Of a stretch of 64,000 bases of DNA, positions 37,694-47,599 are shown piece after piece. Position 1 is the first letter of the stretch; each line of letters begins with the position of its first letter. The DNA is from Acidimicrobiales bacterium (lineage in GTDB: Bacteria; Actinomycetota; Acidimicrobiia; Acidimicrobiales; SZUA-35), in assembly GCA_024638815.1 (NCBI GenBank), contig JAHEJM010000002.1, positions 69,330 to 133,329 of the forward strand. Direction: 5' to 3'. A program made the translations under genes and the position numbers. Below the pieces are notes generated by a model. It was not told where the DNA came from and did no database searches. It saw nothing but the letters and a program-made list of their open reading frames with translations.

Positions 37694-38890
37694 GTGCTGC
37701 ACGGTCGCCGGATCGTCCTCGGCGTCACCGGAGGCATTGCCGCATACAAATCGGTCGATGTTTGTCGTCGCCTCGTTCACCTCGGCGCTCATGTGTCGCC
37801 GATCATGACCAATGCGGCCAAGAAGATGATCGGCCCTACCACGCTGACCGCCTTGGCCTCTGAACCGGTCAAGTTCTCGCTTTGGAACGATTCCGACCCC
37901 ATTCCCCACACCAGGCTTGGTCAGGATGCCGATCTCGTCTTGGTCTGTCCGGCCACGGCCCGCATTCTGTCCGACTACCGGACCGGCCGATCAGCCGATC
38001 TGCTGGCCGCCACTCTCATCGCCTCCCGAGCCCCCGTGGTGCTCTGCCCGGCCATGCACACCGAGATGTGGGAGCACCCTGCGGTCCAGGACAATCTGGC
38101 CGTTCTGGCCGGCCGCGGTGCCATCATCGTGCCGCCCGAGGAGGGCCGACTGGCCGGCGGTGACGTCGGAGCCGGCCGTCTGGCCTCACCCGGGGCGGTG
38201 GTCGACGCCGTGGTCTCGACCCTGAGCGGCGGTCCTCTGGCCGGGCGAATGGTGCTGGTCACCGCCGGGGGAACCAGGGAGGCCATCGATCCGGTGAGGT
38301 TCATCGGCAATCGATCGTCGGGAAAGCAGGGTCATGCTCTGGCCGACGTGGCGGCCTCCATGGGTGCCGATGTCACCCTTGTCACGACCTCGAATCTTCC
38401 GGTGCGGCCCTCGGTCCGGCGGGTCGACGTCGAGTCCGCAGCCGACATGGCCGACGCCGTCCTGGCCCGGCGCCACGCCGACGTGATCATCATGACCGCC
38501 GCCGTGGCCGACTTCCGCCCGACCAGCTCGGCTGAACGCAAGCTCAAGAAAGCCGACGGTGTTCCCCACCTCGAACTCGAGCCGACGGTCGACATCCTGG
38601 CCACACTCGGTCGGGACAAGCCGGAGGGTCAGGTGGTGGTCGGGTTCGCCGCCGAAACCAACGACTTGCCGATGAATGCTCTTGGTAAACTCAAACGCAA
38701 GGGAGCGGATCTTCTGGTTGCCAACGACGTATCGCAACCGGCCGTGGGCTTTGCTCACGCCACGAACGCGGTGACGATCTTCGGCGCCGAGGGCGTGGTC
38801 CAAGAGGTGCCGCTGGCCAGCAAAGAAGCGATCGCCATGGCGGTGCTGGGCGCCGTGATCGAGCGATTGCCGGAAAAAGGAAAGTCATAG
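37694..38890 (+). CDS. coaBC: bifunctional phosphopantothenoylcysteine decarboxylase / phosphopantothenate--cysteine ligase
   Basis: N-terminal flavoprotein domain ([18 protein letters not shown]) and a C-terminal CoaB domain ([33 protein letters not shown]). Confidence 0.92.
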   Translation: MLHGRRIVLGVTGGIAAYKSVDVCRRLVHLGAHVSPIMTNAAKKMIGPTTLTALASEPVKFSLWNDSDPIPHTRLGQDADLVLVCPATARILSDYRTGRSADLLAATLIASRAPVVLCPAMHTEMWEHPAVQDNLAVLAGRGAIIVPPEEGRLAGGDVGAGRLASPGAVVDAVVSTLSGGPLAGRMVLVTAGGTREAIDPVRFIGNRSSGKQGHALADVAASMGADVTLVTTSNLPVRPSVRRVDVESAADMADAVLARRHADVIIMTAAVADFRPTSSAERKLKKADGVPHLELEPTVDILATLGRDKPEGQVVVGFAAETNDLPMNALGKLKRKGADLLVANDVSQPAVGFAHATNAVTIFGAEGVVQEVPLASKEAIAMAVLGAVIERLPEKGKS

Positions 38891-38892
38891 TC

Positions 38893-40092
38893 GTGACCAA
38901 CAACTTCACCTTCACCTCGGAGTCAGTGACCGAAGGCCATCCCGACAAGATGGCCGACCAGATCTCCGATGCCATTCTCGATGCCATTCTCGAGCAGGAC
39001 CCGAACAGCCGGGTGGCATGCGAAACCCTGGTGACCACGGGTCTGGCCATCATCGCCGGTGAGATCACCACCAACGGCTATGTGGACATTCCCTCCGTGG
39101 TGAGAAGAACCATCACCCGGATCGGCTACGACACCGAAAGCTATGGTTTCGACGGCAACACCTGCGGGGTCATGGTGGCCATCGACGAGCAATCGCCCGA
39201 TATCGCCCAGGGCGTCGACAAGTCGGAGGAGGTTCGCTCCACCGGTGCAACAGGGGACATCTACGACGAGCAGGGTGCCGGCGATCAGGGCATGATGTTC
39301 GGCTACGCCTGCGATGAGACCGACGTCTTCATGCCACTGCCGATCCATCTTGCCCATCGCATGGCGGAGCGGCTGTCCGAAGTGCGGCGGGCCGGCACCG
39401 TGCCCTACCTTCGACCCGATGGGAAGACCCAGGTCACCTTCGAGTATGAGAATGGTCGGCCGACGCGGCTGAAGACGGTGCTCATTTCCACCCAGCACGA
39501 CGACGGCATCGACCGGGATTCGATGATCCGGCCCGATCTCATCGAGAACGTGATCCGGCCCGTCATCCCTGAGCAGTTCGCCGACGACGACTACGAGGTC
39601 TTGGTCAATCCCACCGGCCGATTCGTGATCGGCGGCCCGGTGGGCGATGCCGGTCTCACCGGACGAAAGATCATCGTCGACACCTACGGCGGCGCCGCCC
39701 GTCACGGCGGAGGGGCGTTTTCGGGCAAGGATCCTTCCAAGGTCGACCGGTCGGCCGCCTATGCCACCCGCTGGGTGGCCAAGAATCTGGTTGCCGCCGG
39801 TGCCGCCGAGCGTTGCGAGGTCCAGGTCGCCTATGCCATCGGTGTGGCCCACCCGATCTCGATCATGGTCGAGACCTTCGGGACCGAGCGAGCCCCGGTC
39901 GACAAGATCGAGGCCGCCGTCAAGTCAGTGTTCGACCTCCGGCCCGGGGCCATCCTGGACGATCTCGATCTCCGCCGTCCCATCTACTCGCCGACGTCGG
40001 CCTACGGTCACTTCGGTCGCGAGCCGGGCCGGTCCTTCACCTGGGAGCGCACCGATCGAGTCGACGCCCTGCGATCTGAGCTGGGTCTGTAG
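38893..40092 (+). CDS. metK: S-adenosylmethionine synthetase
   Basis: Contains [35 protein letters not shown] and [19 protein letters not shown]. Confidence 0.97.
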   Translation: MTNNFTFTSESVTEGHPDKMADQISDAILDAILEQDPNSRVACETLVTTGLAIIAGEITTNGYVDIPSVVRRTITRIGYDTESYGFDGNTCGVMVAIDEQSPDIAQGVDKSEEVRSTGATGDIYDEQGAGDQGMMFGYACDETDVFMPLPIHLAHRMAERLSEVRRAGTVPYLRPDGKTQVTFEYENGRPTRLKTVLISTQHDDGIDRDSMIRPDLIENVIRPVIPEQFADDDYEVLVNPTGRFVIGGPVGDAGLTGRKIIVDTYGGAARHGGGAFSGKDPSKVDRSAAYATRWVAKNLVAAGAAERCEVQVAYAIGVAHPISIMVETFGTERAPVDKIEAAVKSVFDLRPGAILDDLDLRRPIYSPTSAYGHFGREPGRSFTWERTDRVDALRSELGL

Positions 40093-40097
40093 TTCTG

Positions 40098-40142
40098 CCT
40101 CGACCCCGACCGGCCCCGGCGCCGGCCGGGGTACGGTCGAGG
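40098..40142 (+). terminator. extended GC-rich stem-loop filling the metK-priA spacer
   Basis: Outer stem CCTCGACC (40098-40105) / GGTCGAGG (40135-40142). Inner stem CCCCGGC-gccg-GCCGGGG (40114-40131). No U-tract. The 3' arm abuts the priA start. Confidence 0.35.
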
Positions 40143-40143
40143 T

Positions 40144-42138
40144 GTGTCAGCGGTGACCGGTCGCAATCGTCTGTTCGACACCGAACCGTTCGAGCAGGCC
40201 GACAAGAGCGGCCCTGCCGCGTCGCCGGATCAGACCGGGGGTGAGGAAATCGACCAGCGGTCCGCCGGTGTCGAAGTGAACTCGGGCCGGATCGTCCGGG
40301 TGCTCCCCGATGTGTCGGGCCTTGACAAGGTGTTCGACTACCTCTGTCCGCCCGATCTCCAGGACCGGGTGCGGATCGGATCGATGGTGAGGGTGGAGCT
40401 TCACGGCCGGCGAGTCGGGGGCTGGGTCGTCGGTCTCGACACCGAACCTCCGCCGGGGGTGTCGCTGCAGTCGATTGCCAAGTTCTCGTCCGTCGGACCA
40501 TCGGCCGACACCGTCGAACTGGCCCGGTGGGCCGCCCACCGTTGGGCGGGGAGGCTGGCTCGTGTCCTCAAGGCGGCGTCGCCCCACAGGATGGTGCCGG
40601 TCCCGCCGGAGCCGGTCGGTCCCCGTCGTCGGGCCGGGCCGGCGCCGGCGTTCGAGGCCGCCCGGTCCGAGCTTGCCGCCGCCGTCCTTGATCATCCCGG
40701 GGTCACGGCGCTGCAATTGGCCCCTGACGATGATCAGCGGTGGCTGGCGGCCGAAGCGGGCGATCGTGGCGACTGCCTTGTTGTCGTCCCCGAGATCAGG
40801 CGGGCCCGAAACCTTGTTCGTTGGCTCCGCCGACAGGGGTATCGGGCCCATCTCGCCGCTGACGACTGGGCCGGTGGTCTGACCGGGGGAGTGGTGGTGG
40901 GGTCGCGCTCCGCGGTGTGGGCTCCGATCGCCGATCTGCGAACCGTGGTCGTCCTCGATGAGCACGACGAGAGCCTCCAGGAGGAACGGTCGCCAACCTG
41001 GCATGCCCGGGACGTGGCCGTGGAACGGGCCCGGCGGGCCGGTGCCCGGTGCGTTCTCGCCGGACCGTGCCTGTCACTTGCCGGACGGGTTGTCGCCGAC
41101 CGTGTGGTCGAGGTCGATCGACGCACCGTTCGACACGGATGGCCGGTGGTCGAGGTTGTCGATCGCCGGTCCGAGGAGCCGGGTCGTGCCGGTCTGTTCT
41201 CCCCTCGACTGGTGCAGCTTCTTCGCACCAGCCCTTCGGCCGTCCTGGTCCTGAACCGAAAGGGTCGGGCTCGGCTCCTGGCCTGCGCCTCCTGCGGCGA
41301 ACTGGTTCGAACCGAGGATGGTCAGCACCTGATGGTGGAGGACGACGGTGTCCTGACCGCCCCGGCCACTGGGGAGTCGAGACCTCTGATCTGCGCCGTC
41401 TGCACCGGGACGACGTTGAAGCGGCTCCGTCTCGGGGTGTCGAGGGCGGCCGAGGAGCTCTCCCGTCTGGTCGAGCACACCGTGATCGAGGTCACCGGCG
41501 ACCGGGCCGACGATCCGGCGGCGGTCGGACCCGGGGTAATCGTGCTGGGAACCGAGGCCGCCTTGTTCCGTCACCACTACCGGTCGGGGCAATCGGCACA
41601 CACTTCGGGCGCCGGGCGGCCCGATCGGGGTGAGCCCGGACTTCCGTCCACCCCGTTCTCGACGGTTGCCGGCTTGACGCCGATGGTCGCCTTTCTCGAC
41701 ATGGACCAGGAACTCATGGCACCCCGGTACCGGGCGGCGGAGCAGGCCATGGTGCTCTTGGCTCGAGCCGCCCGCCTGGTGGGGGGACGGGGCGGCGGCA
41801 ATCGCGTCGTGGTGCAGACCCGAAACCCGGACCACCGCACCCTCCGGGCCGCGGTCTCGGCCGATCCGAGCGAGCTGATCACGGTGGAGTCTGAGCAGCG
41901 ACGGGTTCTCGAACTCCCTCCGTTCACCGCCCTGGCCGAGATCTCCGGCCGGGATGCGGGCACCCTGACCCATCGATTGGAACAGCTCGAGCGACCCGGC
42001 CTGGTGGTGCTCGGCCCCCGCCCCGACGGACGATATCTGGTCAGGGCTCCGGAGTGGGGCGAGCTGGCCGATGCCCTGGCCGGGGTCGACCGCCGTGACA
42101 TTCGGACCCGGGTTGCGGTGGATCCGCCACGGGCGTGA
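40144..42138 (+). CDS. priA: PriA-like primosomal protein N' (Walker A absent)
   Basis: N-terminal 3'-DNA-binding/WH region, VVVPEI, a DEHD box (VVLDEHDES), a reduced Cys-rich region (CASCG...CAVCTG) and a PriA C-terminal domain. GTG 40153 is the alternative start. Confidence 0.8.
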   Translation: MSAVTGRNRLFDTEPFEQADKSGPAASPDQTGGEEIDQRSAGVEVNSGRIVRVLPDVSGLDKVFDYLCPPDLQDRVRIGSMVRVELHGRRVGGWVVGLDTEPPPGVSLQSIAKFSSVGPSADTVELARWAAHRWAGRLARVLKAASPHRMVPVPPEPVGPRRRAGPAPAFEAARSELAAAVLDHPGVTALQLAPDDDQRWLAAEAGDRGDCLVVVPEIRRARNLVRWLRRQGYRAHLAADDWAGGLTGGVVVGSRSAVWAPIADLRTVVVLDEHDESLQEERSPTWHARDVAVERARRAGARCVLAGPCLSLAGRVVADRVVEVDRRTVRHGWPVVEVVDRRSEEPGRAGLFSPRLVQLLRTSPSAVLVLNRKGRARLLACASCGELVRTEDGQHLMVEDDGVLTAPATGESRPLICAVCTGTTLKRLRLGVSRAAEELSRLVEHTVIEVTGDRADDPAAVGPGVIVLGTEAALFRHHYRSGQSAHTSGAGRPDRGEPGLPSTPFSTVAGLTPMVAFLDMDQELMAPRYRAAEQAMVLLARAARLVGGRGGGNRVVVQTRNPDHRTLRAAVSADPSELITVESEQRRVLELPPFTALAEISGRDAGTLTHRLEQLERPGLVVLGPRPDGRYLVRAPEWGELADALAGVDRRDIRTRVAVDPPRA

Positions 42139-42150
42139 CCTTGGGCCCCG

Positions 42151-42687
42151 CTAGTCGCCGTGCCGGGTCAGAGCCTGACGGGCCACCTCGTACAGACCGA
42201 CGGTGACCGAATGGGCGACGTTGAGCGAGCCGATCTTGCCCAGTTGGGGTAGGAAGGCCACGTGATCCACGACGGCCAGCGTGCTGCGGTGAACCCCCCG
42301 CTCCTCGTGTCCGGCCACCAGGCAGACCCGCGCCGGCAGCTCCAAGTCGAACAGAGGCGCTGCGTCATCGGTCAACTCCAGAGCCACCGTGGTGAATCCG
42401 GCGGAGCGGGCCAGGGACACCGCCTCGTCCCCGCTCTCGACGGTTTCGATGATCACAAGCCGGTCCGATCCCAGGGCCGTCTTGGCCACCTTCGGATGCC
42501 GGGGGTCCACCGTTGGAGGGACCACCCACAGCGGGTCGACCCTGTAGGCGGCGGCCGAGCGCAAGATGGCCCCCAGGTTGTAGGGGTTCTGCACTCCATC
42601 CAGGATGAGGGCGGTGTCCACATCGGCTTGCCGGCGCCACTGCCGATGGAGGCGTTTCAGTTCGGTGGGTGACAGTGGTCTGCTCAT
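42151..42687 (-). CDS. SpoU/TrmH-family RNA 2'-O-methyltransferase
   Basis: 178 aa with SPOUT motifs: NPYNLGAILRSAAA, LVAGHEERGV, SLNVAHSVTVGLYE. Confidence 0.8.
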   Translation of the reverse strand: MSRPLSPTELKRLHRQWRRQADVDTALILDGVQNPYNLGAILRSAAAYRVDPLWVVPPTVDPRHPKVAKTALGSDRLVIIETVESGDEAVSLARSAGFTTVALELTDDAAPLFDLELPARVCLVAGHEERGVHRSTLAVVDHVAFLPQLGKIGSLNVAHSVTVGLYEVARQALTRHGD

Positions 42688-43334
42688 CGGCCACCAGCCG
42701 ACACGTCGAGTAGGCGATACGCCGACTGGGAGCGGCGTCGCGTCGTGGAATGGCCGGTGCGGTCAAGCCAGCGGTGCAGGCTGTCGGCCCCCAGATGTTT
42801 CTGGACGACGAGATGGGCGGTGCCGGCCGGGCCCAGGCGGGCCAACCAGCGGTCGAGAAGTTCGTGGAGCGCCGCTTTGCCGATACGTATCGGTGGATTC
42901 GACCAGACCCGATCGACGATGAGGTCGGCGGGTACCGATTCGGGATCGCAGACCACGATGTTGTCGAGCTCGTTGAGTTCGGCGTTGGCTCGGCACAGGT
43001 CGATGGCCCGAGGGTTGATGTCGACGGCCCACACGGTGGCCGATGGGTTGCGGACGGCCAGGGTGAGGGCGATGGGGCCGTACCCGCAGCCGACATCGAC
43101 CAGATTCCGATCCTCGGGCACCGGACCCGGTCCATGCAGCAACAGGGTCTTGGTGCCGGGATCGATGCGGCCCCGGGCGAACACCCCACGATCGGTATCG
43201 AGCACCAGGTGGACGTCGGGCAGGTTCAGCTCAACCCGTACCGGTCGGGAGTCGACCGAGGGCTCCGAACTGAAGTAGTGACCGTCGGTGTTGCTCACAT
43301 CTGGCACGGTATCGTCGGCGGTCGTCGCACCCAT
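42684..43334 (-). CDS. class I SAM-dependent methyltransferase (RsmC/RsmD-like small-domain MTase)
   Basis: SAM motif VDVGCGYGPIAL and the N-methylation motif WSNPPIRIG. The stop overlaps the start of the downstream SpoU gene by 4 nt. Confidence 0.75.
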   Translation of the reverse strand: MGATTADDTVPDVSNTDGHYFSSEPSVDSRPVRVELNLPDVHLVLDTDRGVFARGRIDPGTKTLLLHGPGPVPEDRNLVDVGCGYGPIALTLAVRNPSATVWAVDINPRAIDLCRANAELNELDNIVVCDPESVPADLIVDRVWSNPPIRIGKAALHELLDRWLARLGPAGTAHLVVQKHLGADSLHRWLDRTGHSTTRRRSQSAYRLLDVSAGGR

Positions 43335-43351
43335 TACGTAGACTGACGGTT

Positions 43352-43906
43352 ATGGCTGCCCCCTACGCCGTTCGAATCTTCGGGGATCCCGTGCTCCGCA
43401 AGGTGGCCAAGGAGATCTCCGACATCGACGCCAAGTTGGTGAAGCTGGCCGACGACATGGTGGAGACGATGTACGCCGAACCCGGGATCGGTCTTGCCGC
43501 CCCCCAGGTCGGGGTGCAGCGCAGGTTCTTCGTCTATGACATCGGCGAGGGCCCTCGGGCCATCGTCAACCCCACCATTACCGAATCCGACGGGGAGTGG
43601 GTCTACGAGGAGGGCTGCCTCAGCGTGCCCGGCCTGTCGTGGGAGATCGTGCGGCCAAAGGAGATCCACGTGACCGGGTACGATCTCGACGGCGACGAGG
43701 TCTCGCTCGAAGCCGACGAACTGCTGTCCAGGCTCATTCAACACGAGCTGGACCATCTGGACGGGGTGCTGCTGATCGATCACCTCGACCACGACCGGCG
43801 ACGCCAGGCAATGAAGCTGGTACGGGAGCGCTTCGTCGATGAGGATCCAGATGCCGGGCGACCATCCAACGGACCCGGGGTCCTGCCCGGGCTGCGACTA
43901 CCCTGA
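43352..43906 (+). CDS. def: peptide deformylase
   Basis: Contains GIGLAAPQVG, EGCLSVPG and QHELDHLDG motifs. Confidence 0.96.
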   Translation: MAAPYAVRIFGDPVLRKVAKEISDIDAKLVKLADDMVETMYAEPGIGLAAPQVGVQRRFFVYDIGEGPRAIVNPTITESDGEWVYEEGCLSVPGLSWEIVRPKEIHVTGYDLDGDEVSLEADELLSRLIQHELDHLDGVLLIDHLDHDRRRQAMKLVRERFVDEDPDAGRPSNGPGVLPGLRLP

Positions 43907-43919
43907 TCGATCGAGGTCC

Positions 43920-44834
43920 ATGACTCCACCACCCCTGGCCCGACCGCCGGCCGAGATCGAACGCATCGTCTTCCTGGGCACCCCGGAGGCCTCCGTGCCG
44001 TCGCTGAAGGCGTTGGTCGACGCCGGCTACGAGGTCGTCGCCGTCATCACCCAGCCCGATCGTCGTCGAGGCCGGGGATCCCGCCTCGATCCGTCGCCGG
44101 TGAAGAAGGCGGCGCTCGATCTGGGTCTCGAGGTCCGTCATCGACCCGATGACCTGCTCGATCCCGATCTGGACGCCGATCTCGGCGTCGTGGTCGCCTA
44201 CGGCCGCATCATCCGCCGGGAGCTGCTCGAACGTCTTGCCATGGTCAACGTGCATTTCTCCCGGCTGCCGCGCTGGCGGGGAGCGGCGCCGGTGGAACGG
44301 GCCATCCTGGCTGCCGACACCACAATCGGTGTCGACATCATCCAGGTGGCCGAGGGGCTCGATGAGGGCGACGTCTTCGCCTCGGTAACGGTCGGCATCG
44401 AGCCCGATGAGAGCGCGGCCGATCTGACCGGGCGCCTGGCCGACCTGGGGGCCGACACACTGGTCAAAACCCTTGGCGGCGGGTTACCTCGTCCCACTTC
44501 CCAGGTTGGTGAAGCGGTGTACGCGGCCAAGGTCGAACCCGAGGAGCGGATGCTCGATTTCTCCGAATCGGCCGAACAGGCGGCCCGGCGAGTCAGGCTG
44601 GGTCGAGCCTGGACCCGATTTCGGGGTGCGCGGCTCATCATCGAGCGGGCCCGGGCCATCGATGGCACAGCTCCGATCGGTACCTTGACAACCTCGTCCG
44701 ATGGTCGGTGGGCCATCGGTACCGCAGACGGTCTACTGGTGCCGGAGCGGGTCAAGTCAGAGGGCAAACGGGCCATGTCGGTCCAGGACTGGGCCAACGG
44801 TGCCGGCCCCGAAATCGGTGAGCCTCTTGCCTGA
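43920..44834 (+). CDS. fmt: methionyl-tRNA formyltransferase
   Basis: Contains IVFLGTPE, NVHFSRLPRWRGAAPVERAI and the C-terminal Fmt domain. ATG 43920 follows the def stop. Confidence 0.92.
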   Translation: MTPPPLARPPAEIERIVFLGTPEASVPSLKALVDAGYEVVAVITQPDRRRGRGSRLDPSPVKKAALDLGLEVRHRPDDLLDPDLDADLGVVVAYGRIIRRELLERLAMVNVHFSRLPRWRGAAPVERAILAADTTIGVDIIQVAEGLDEGDVFASVTVGIEPDESAADLTGRLADLGADTLVKTLGGGLPRPTSQVGEAVYAAKVEPEERMLDFSESAEQAARRVRLGRAWTRFRGARLIIERARAIDGTAPIGTLTTSSDGRWAIGTADGLLVPERVKSEGKRAMSVQDWANGAGPEIGEPLA

Positions 44835-46083
44835 GGGTCGGGACTCAAGGCGTTCGAACGGCCACAAGCGAGGCGGTGGCAAGCGCAGCGGTGGGCCGAC
44901 GCCGGAGGGTCGCCGTCGGCCCTCGCCCCGGTCGAAGCGAACAGGATCCGGTTCTGGGGTCCCCGGCGTGGCCAGTCGTGAGCTGGCCATCGACGCCATG
45001 ATTCGGATCGAGAAGTCGGGAGCCTATGCGAACCTCGTCCTGCCCGACATGCTGGATCGATCGTCATTGTCGGCCGCCGATCGTCGCTTCGTGACCGAGC
45101 TGGTGTACGGCGCGACCCGGATGCAGCGGGCCTGCGATCATCTCTACGATCGGTTTCTGGTGGGGGAGGTCGACGACCAGGTGCGAGCCGGGCTTCGAAT
45201 CGGGACCTACCAGCTTTGCTATCTGCGTACTCCGGCTCACGCTGCGGTCGACGCCACCGTGGGAGCGGTCCGAAGCAAGGGTCGATCGGTGGTCAACGCC
45301 GTTCTGCGCCGGGTGGCCACCTCCCCGATCGAGTTCCCCTCCGATGCCATACGGTTGAGCTATCCCGACTGGATCATGGACGAGTTCACCGCATTCCTGG
45401 GTCGGGACCGGGCACTGGCCGCTCTGGAGGCCATGAATCGGCCTGCGGTCACCGCGGTGCGGCAGGACGGGTATGTCCAGGACCCGGCGTCACAGCTGGT
45501 GGTGGCGGCCACCGGCGTCGGCCCCGGCGATCTGACGGCCGACGTGTGTGCCGCCCCTGGGGGTAAGGCTACGGGCATGGCCCATCGGGGTGCCACGGTC
45601 ATCGCAGCCGATCGTCGGGCCAGTCGGGTCGGTCTCATCGCTGACAATACCCGCCGCCTCGGGCTCGAGTTGCCGCTGATCGTCAGCGATGCCCGTACCC
45701 CGCCGCTCCGGCCCCGAAGTCTGGACCATGTTCTTGTCGATGCCCCCTGTTCCGGGTTCGGCAGTTTCCGTCGCCGCCCCGATGCCCGGTGGCGGATCGA
45801 GCAGGAGGCCCCGGAACGTCTCGGCGAGTTGCAGCGGGACATCCTGGCCGCCGCCTTCGAGCTCGTCCGCCCCGACGGGGTGGTCACCTATAGCGTCTGC
45901 ACCTTCGGCCGGGTCGAGGGCGACGACGTGGTCCGATCAGTGCTGGACGCCGAACCGGACGCCGAACTGCTCGATCCCCGGCCTGAGCCGTGGCTCATCA
46001 TCGGCACAATGTCGGTGCTCCTGCCCGACAACGAGTCCGATGGCATGATGCTGGCCCAACTGCGTCGCCGTCAGGTCCGGTAG
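44827..46083 (+). CDS. rsmB: 16S rRNA (cytosine-C5)-methyltransferase RsmB/Sun
   Basis: NusB-like N-terminal domain (AYANLVLPDML), a SAM site (DVCAAPGGKAT) and the catalytic motifs DAPCSG and TYSVCT. The start is uncertain. TTG 44827 or GTG 44818 would add an R/G-rich N-terminal extension. GTG 44968 is the first start after the fmt stop. Confidence 0.85.
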   Translation: MPEGRDSRRSNGHKRGGGKRSGGPTPEGRRRPSPRSKRTGSGSGVPGVASRELAIDAMIRIEKSGAYANLVLPDMLDRSSLSAADRRFVTELVYGATRMQRACDHLYDRFLVGEVDDQVRAGLRIGTYQLCYLRTPAHAAVDATVGAVRSKGRSVVNAVLRRVATSPIEFPSDAIRLSYPDWIMDEFTAFLGRDRALAALEAMNRPAVTAVRQDGYVQDPASQLVVAATGVGPGDLTADVCAAPGGKATGMAHRGATVIAADRRASRVGLIADNTRRLGLELPLIVSDARTPPLRPRSLDHVLVDAPCSGFGSFRRRPDARWRIEQEAPERLGELQRDILAAAFELVRPDGVVTYSVCTFGRVEGDDVVRSVLDAEPDAELLDPRPEPWLIIGTMSVLLPDNESDGMMLAQLRRRQVR

Positions 46084-46186
46084 TTGTTTGCCGGGCGTTC
46101 TTGCGTTACCAGTGGGACCTCCGCCCGTGGCCTTTCGGCCAGTGTGAAGCGCAGGATACGGACAACCGACGGTGAGGCCGAGGACA

Positions 46187-46315
46187 GTGATCTCCTATGG
46201 CCTTGGCTTCGGCGCCTTCCTGATCATCACCGTGTTCGGGGCTCTGGTCAACGCCTATCGGGTCAATGTGATGCCGGCGGCCGAAGGGGAGCGTCTTCCG
46301 CTCCGATCCCCGTGA
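46187..46315 (+). CDS. possible 42-aa small membrane protein
   Basis: Translation from GTG 46187 gives VISYGLGFGAFLIITVFGALVNAYRVNVMPAAEGERLPLRSP. It contains one clear hydrophobic helix and has GC-rich third positions. GAGGAC lies just upstream and an in-frame GTG at 46172 is also possible. It is too short for the ORF track. Confidence 0.3.
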   Translation: MISYGLGFGAFLIITVFGALVNAYRVNVMPAAEGERLPLRSP

Positions 46316-46326
46316 TGGTGCGGAGT

Positions 46327-47592
46327 TCAGACCAGTTCCTTTCGATGGAGGAAGACCCCCGACCGCACCTTCGGCTCGAAATAGGTCGACTTGGGAGGCA
46401 TGGTCAGACCACGGTCGGAAGCCTCGAAAAGATCGGCCATGGACACCGGGCGCATGACGAACACCATCTGGCCCGGTTCCAGCATCTCCTCGACGACGGC
46501 CGGATCGTCGCTGCCGGGACGGTGGGTCAATCGGCCGTTGGACCGGGACTCGTCGATGTCGAGCACCGGGTGGAGCACGTGTTCCCGCAGCCGCACCGGG
46601 TCCAGATTGTCGATGACGGTCGACGGTAGGTTGCCCGGGGCCAGCGGTAGATCGATCAGATACCAGCACCGACGGCCGTCTCCGATCCACCCCAGAATCG
46701 GCACCTCGGACAGGCTCCGATCGGCAATCTCGTCATGATTGGCCGATCGGACCGCCAGTCGTTCGCCCACGCGCTGGAGAAAGTCGGCGAAGGAATCGAC
46801 GGTGACGAACCGGTGGAATGCCCGGTTCCTCATCTCCGACGCCGGGAAGATGGCCGAGAGCATCCAGTCGATTCCCGGCAACTCGGGATCGGGATGACCG
46901 TTCCGGTTGTTCTGTTGGTCCCGTCGCCGAGCCCGGTAGGAGGCGGCGGCCGCGGCCCGATGATGGCCGTCTGTCAGATACAAGGGCCGATTGTCCATCA
47001 CGGTGGTCAGATGTTTCGCCTTGTCGGGCCGGTTCACGGACCACACGATTTGGCGCAGGCCGTCGTGGGTGACGAAGTCCAGGCTTGGTAATCGAGCGCT
47101 GACCTCTTCGAGGACGGCCGAGAACCGGTCGTCGTCGGCGCAGGCCAGGGCGATGGGGCTGGACTGGGCCCGGACAATGCCGAGATGGTTGGCCAAGTGC
47201 TGGGCCCGGCTCCCCTTGATCTGTTCATGGATGCGCACCATGCCGGAGTCGTAGTCGTCCACGGCCAGGCCGGCCACGAGACCGGTCTGGCTCCGGCCGT
47301 CGACCTCCAGTCGGTACACGTGGTAGCGCGGGCCGCTCGTCGGTTCGAAGACGTTGCGGGCCAGCAGGTCCTCCAAGGACCGGCGACCGGCAATCAGCAG
47401 ATCCTGGGGTGAAATCTGGCGATCGGGATCGACGTCCTCCGGGGCCCGGGTCACCCCGAGGTACGACAGCGGAAAGCGCCGAAGGTGGTCCCGTCGCTGC
47501 GCCGGTGTCAGGGCGTCGTGCGGCGGGGACGGGACCTCGCCGGTCCAGGCCGGACGCAGGACATCGAGTGACAGGGGACGAATCGTCGCCAT
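46327..47592 (-). CDS. DUF1015 family protein
   Basis: From ATG 47592 (MATIRPLS...), the product contains RIHEQIKGSRAQHLANHLGIVRAQSSPIAL and LYLTDGHHRAAAA, both characteristic of DUF1015. The start lies 7 nt after the serC stop. Confidence 0.75.
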   Translation of the reverse strand: MATIRPLSLDVLRPAWTGEVPSPPHDALTPAQRRDHLRRFPLSYLGVTRAPEDVDPDRQISPQDLLIAGRRSLEDLLARNVFEPTSGPRYHVYRLEVDGRSQTGLVAGLAVDDYDSGMVRIHEQIKGSRAQHLANHLGIVRAQSSPIALACADDDRFSAVLEEVSARLPSLDFVTHDGLRQIVWSVNRPDKAKHLTTVMDNRPLYLTDGHHRAAAAASYRARRRDQQNNRNGHPDPELPGIDWMLSAIFPASEMRNRAFHRFVTVDSFADFLQRVGERLAVRSANHDEIADRSLSEVPILGWIGDGRRCWYLIDLPLAPGNLPSTVIDNLDPVRLREHVLHPVLDIDESRSNGRLTHRPGSDDPAVVEEMLEPGQMVFVMRPVSMADLFEASDRGLTMPPKSTYFEPKVRSGVFLHRKELV

Positions 47593-47599
47593 GGGCGGC

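Noticed and set aside
46084-46629. 181-aa + strand ORF starting right after rsmB.
   Set aside because: Most of it lies antisense to the DUF1015 gene, and its translation is low-complexity sequence. Only the separate 42-codon hydrophobic ORF in another frame (46187-46315) looked worth keeping.
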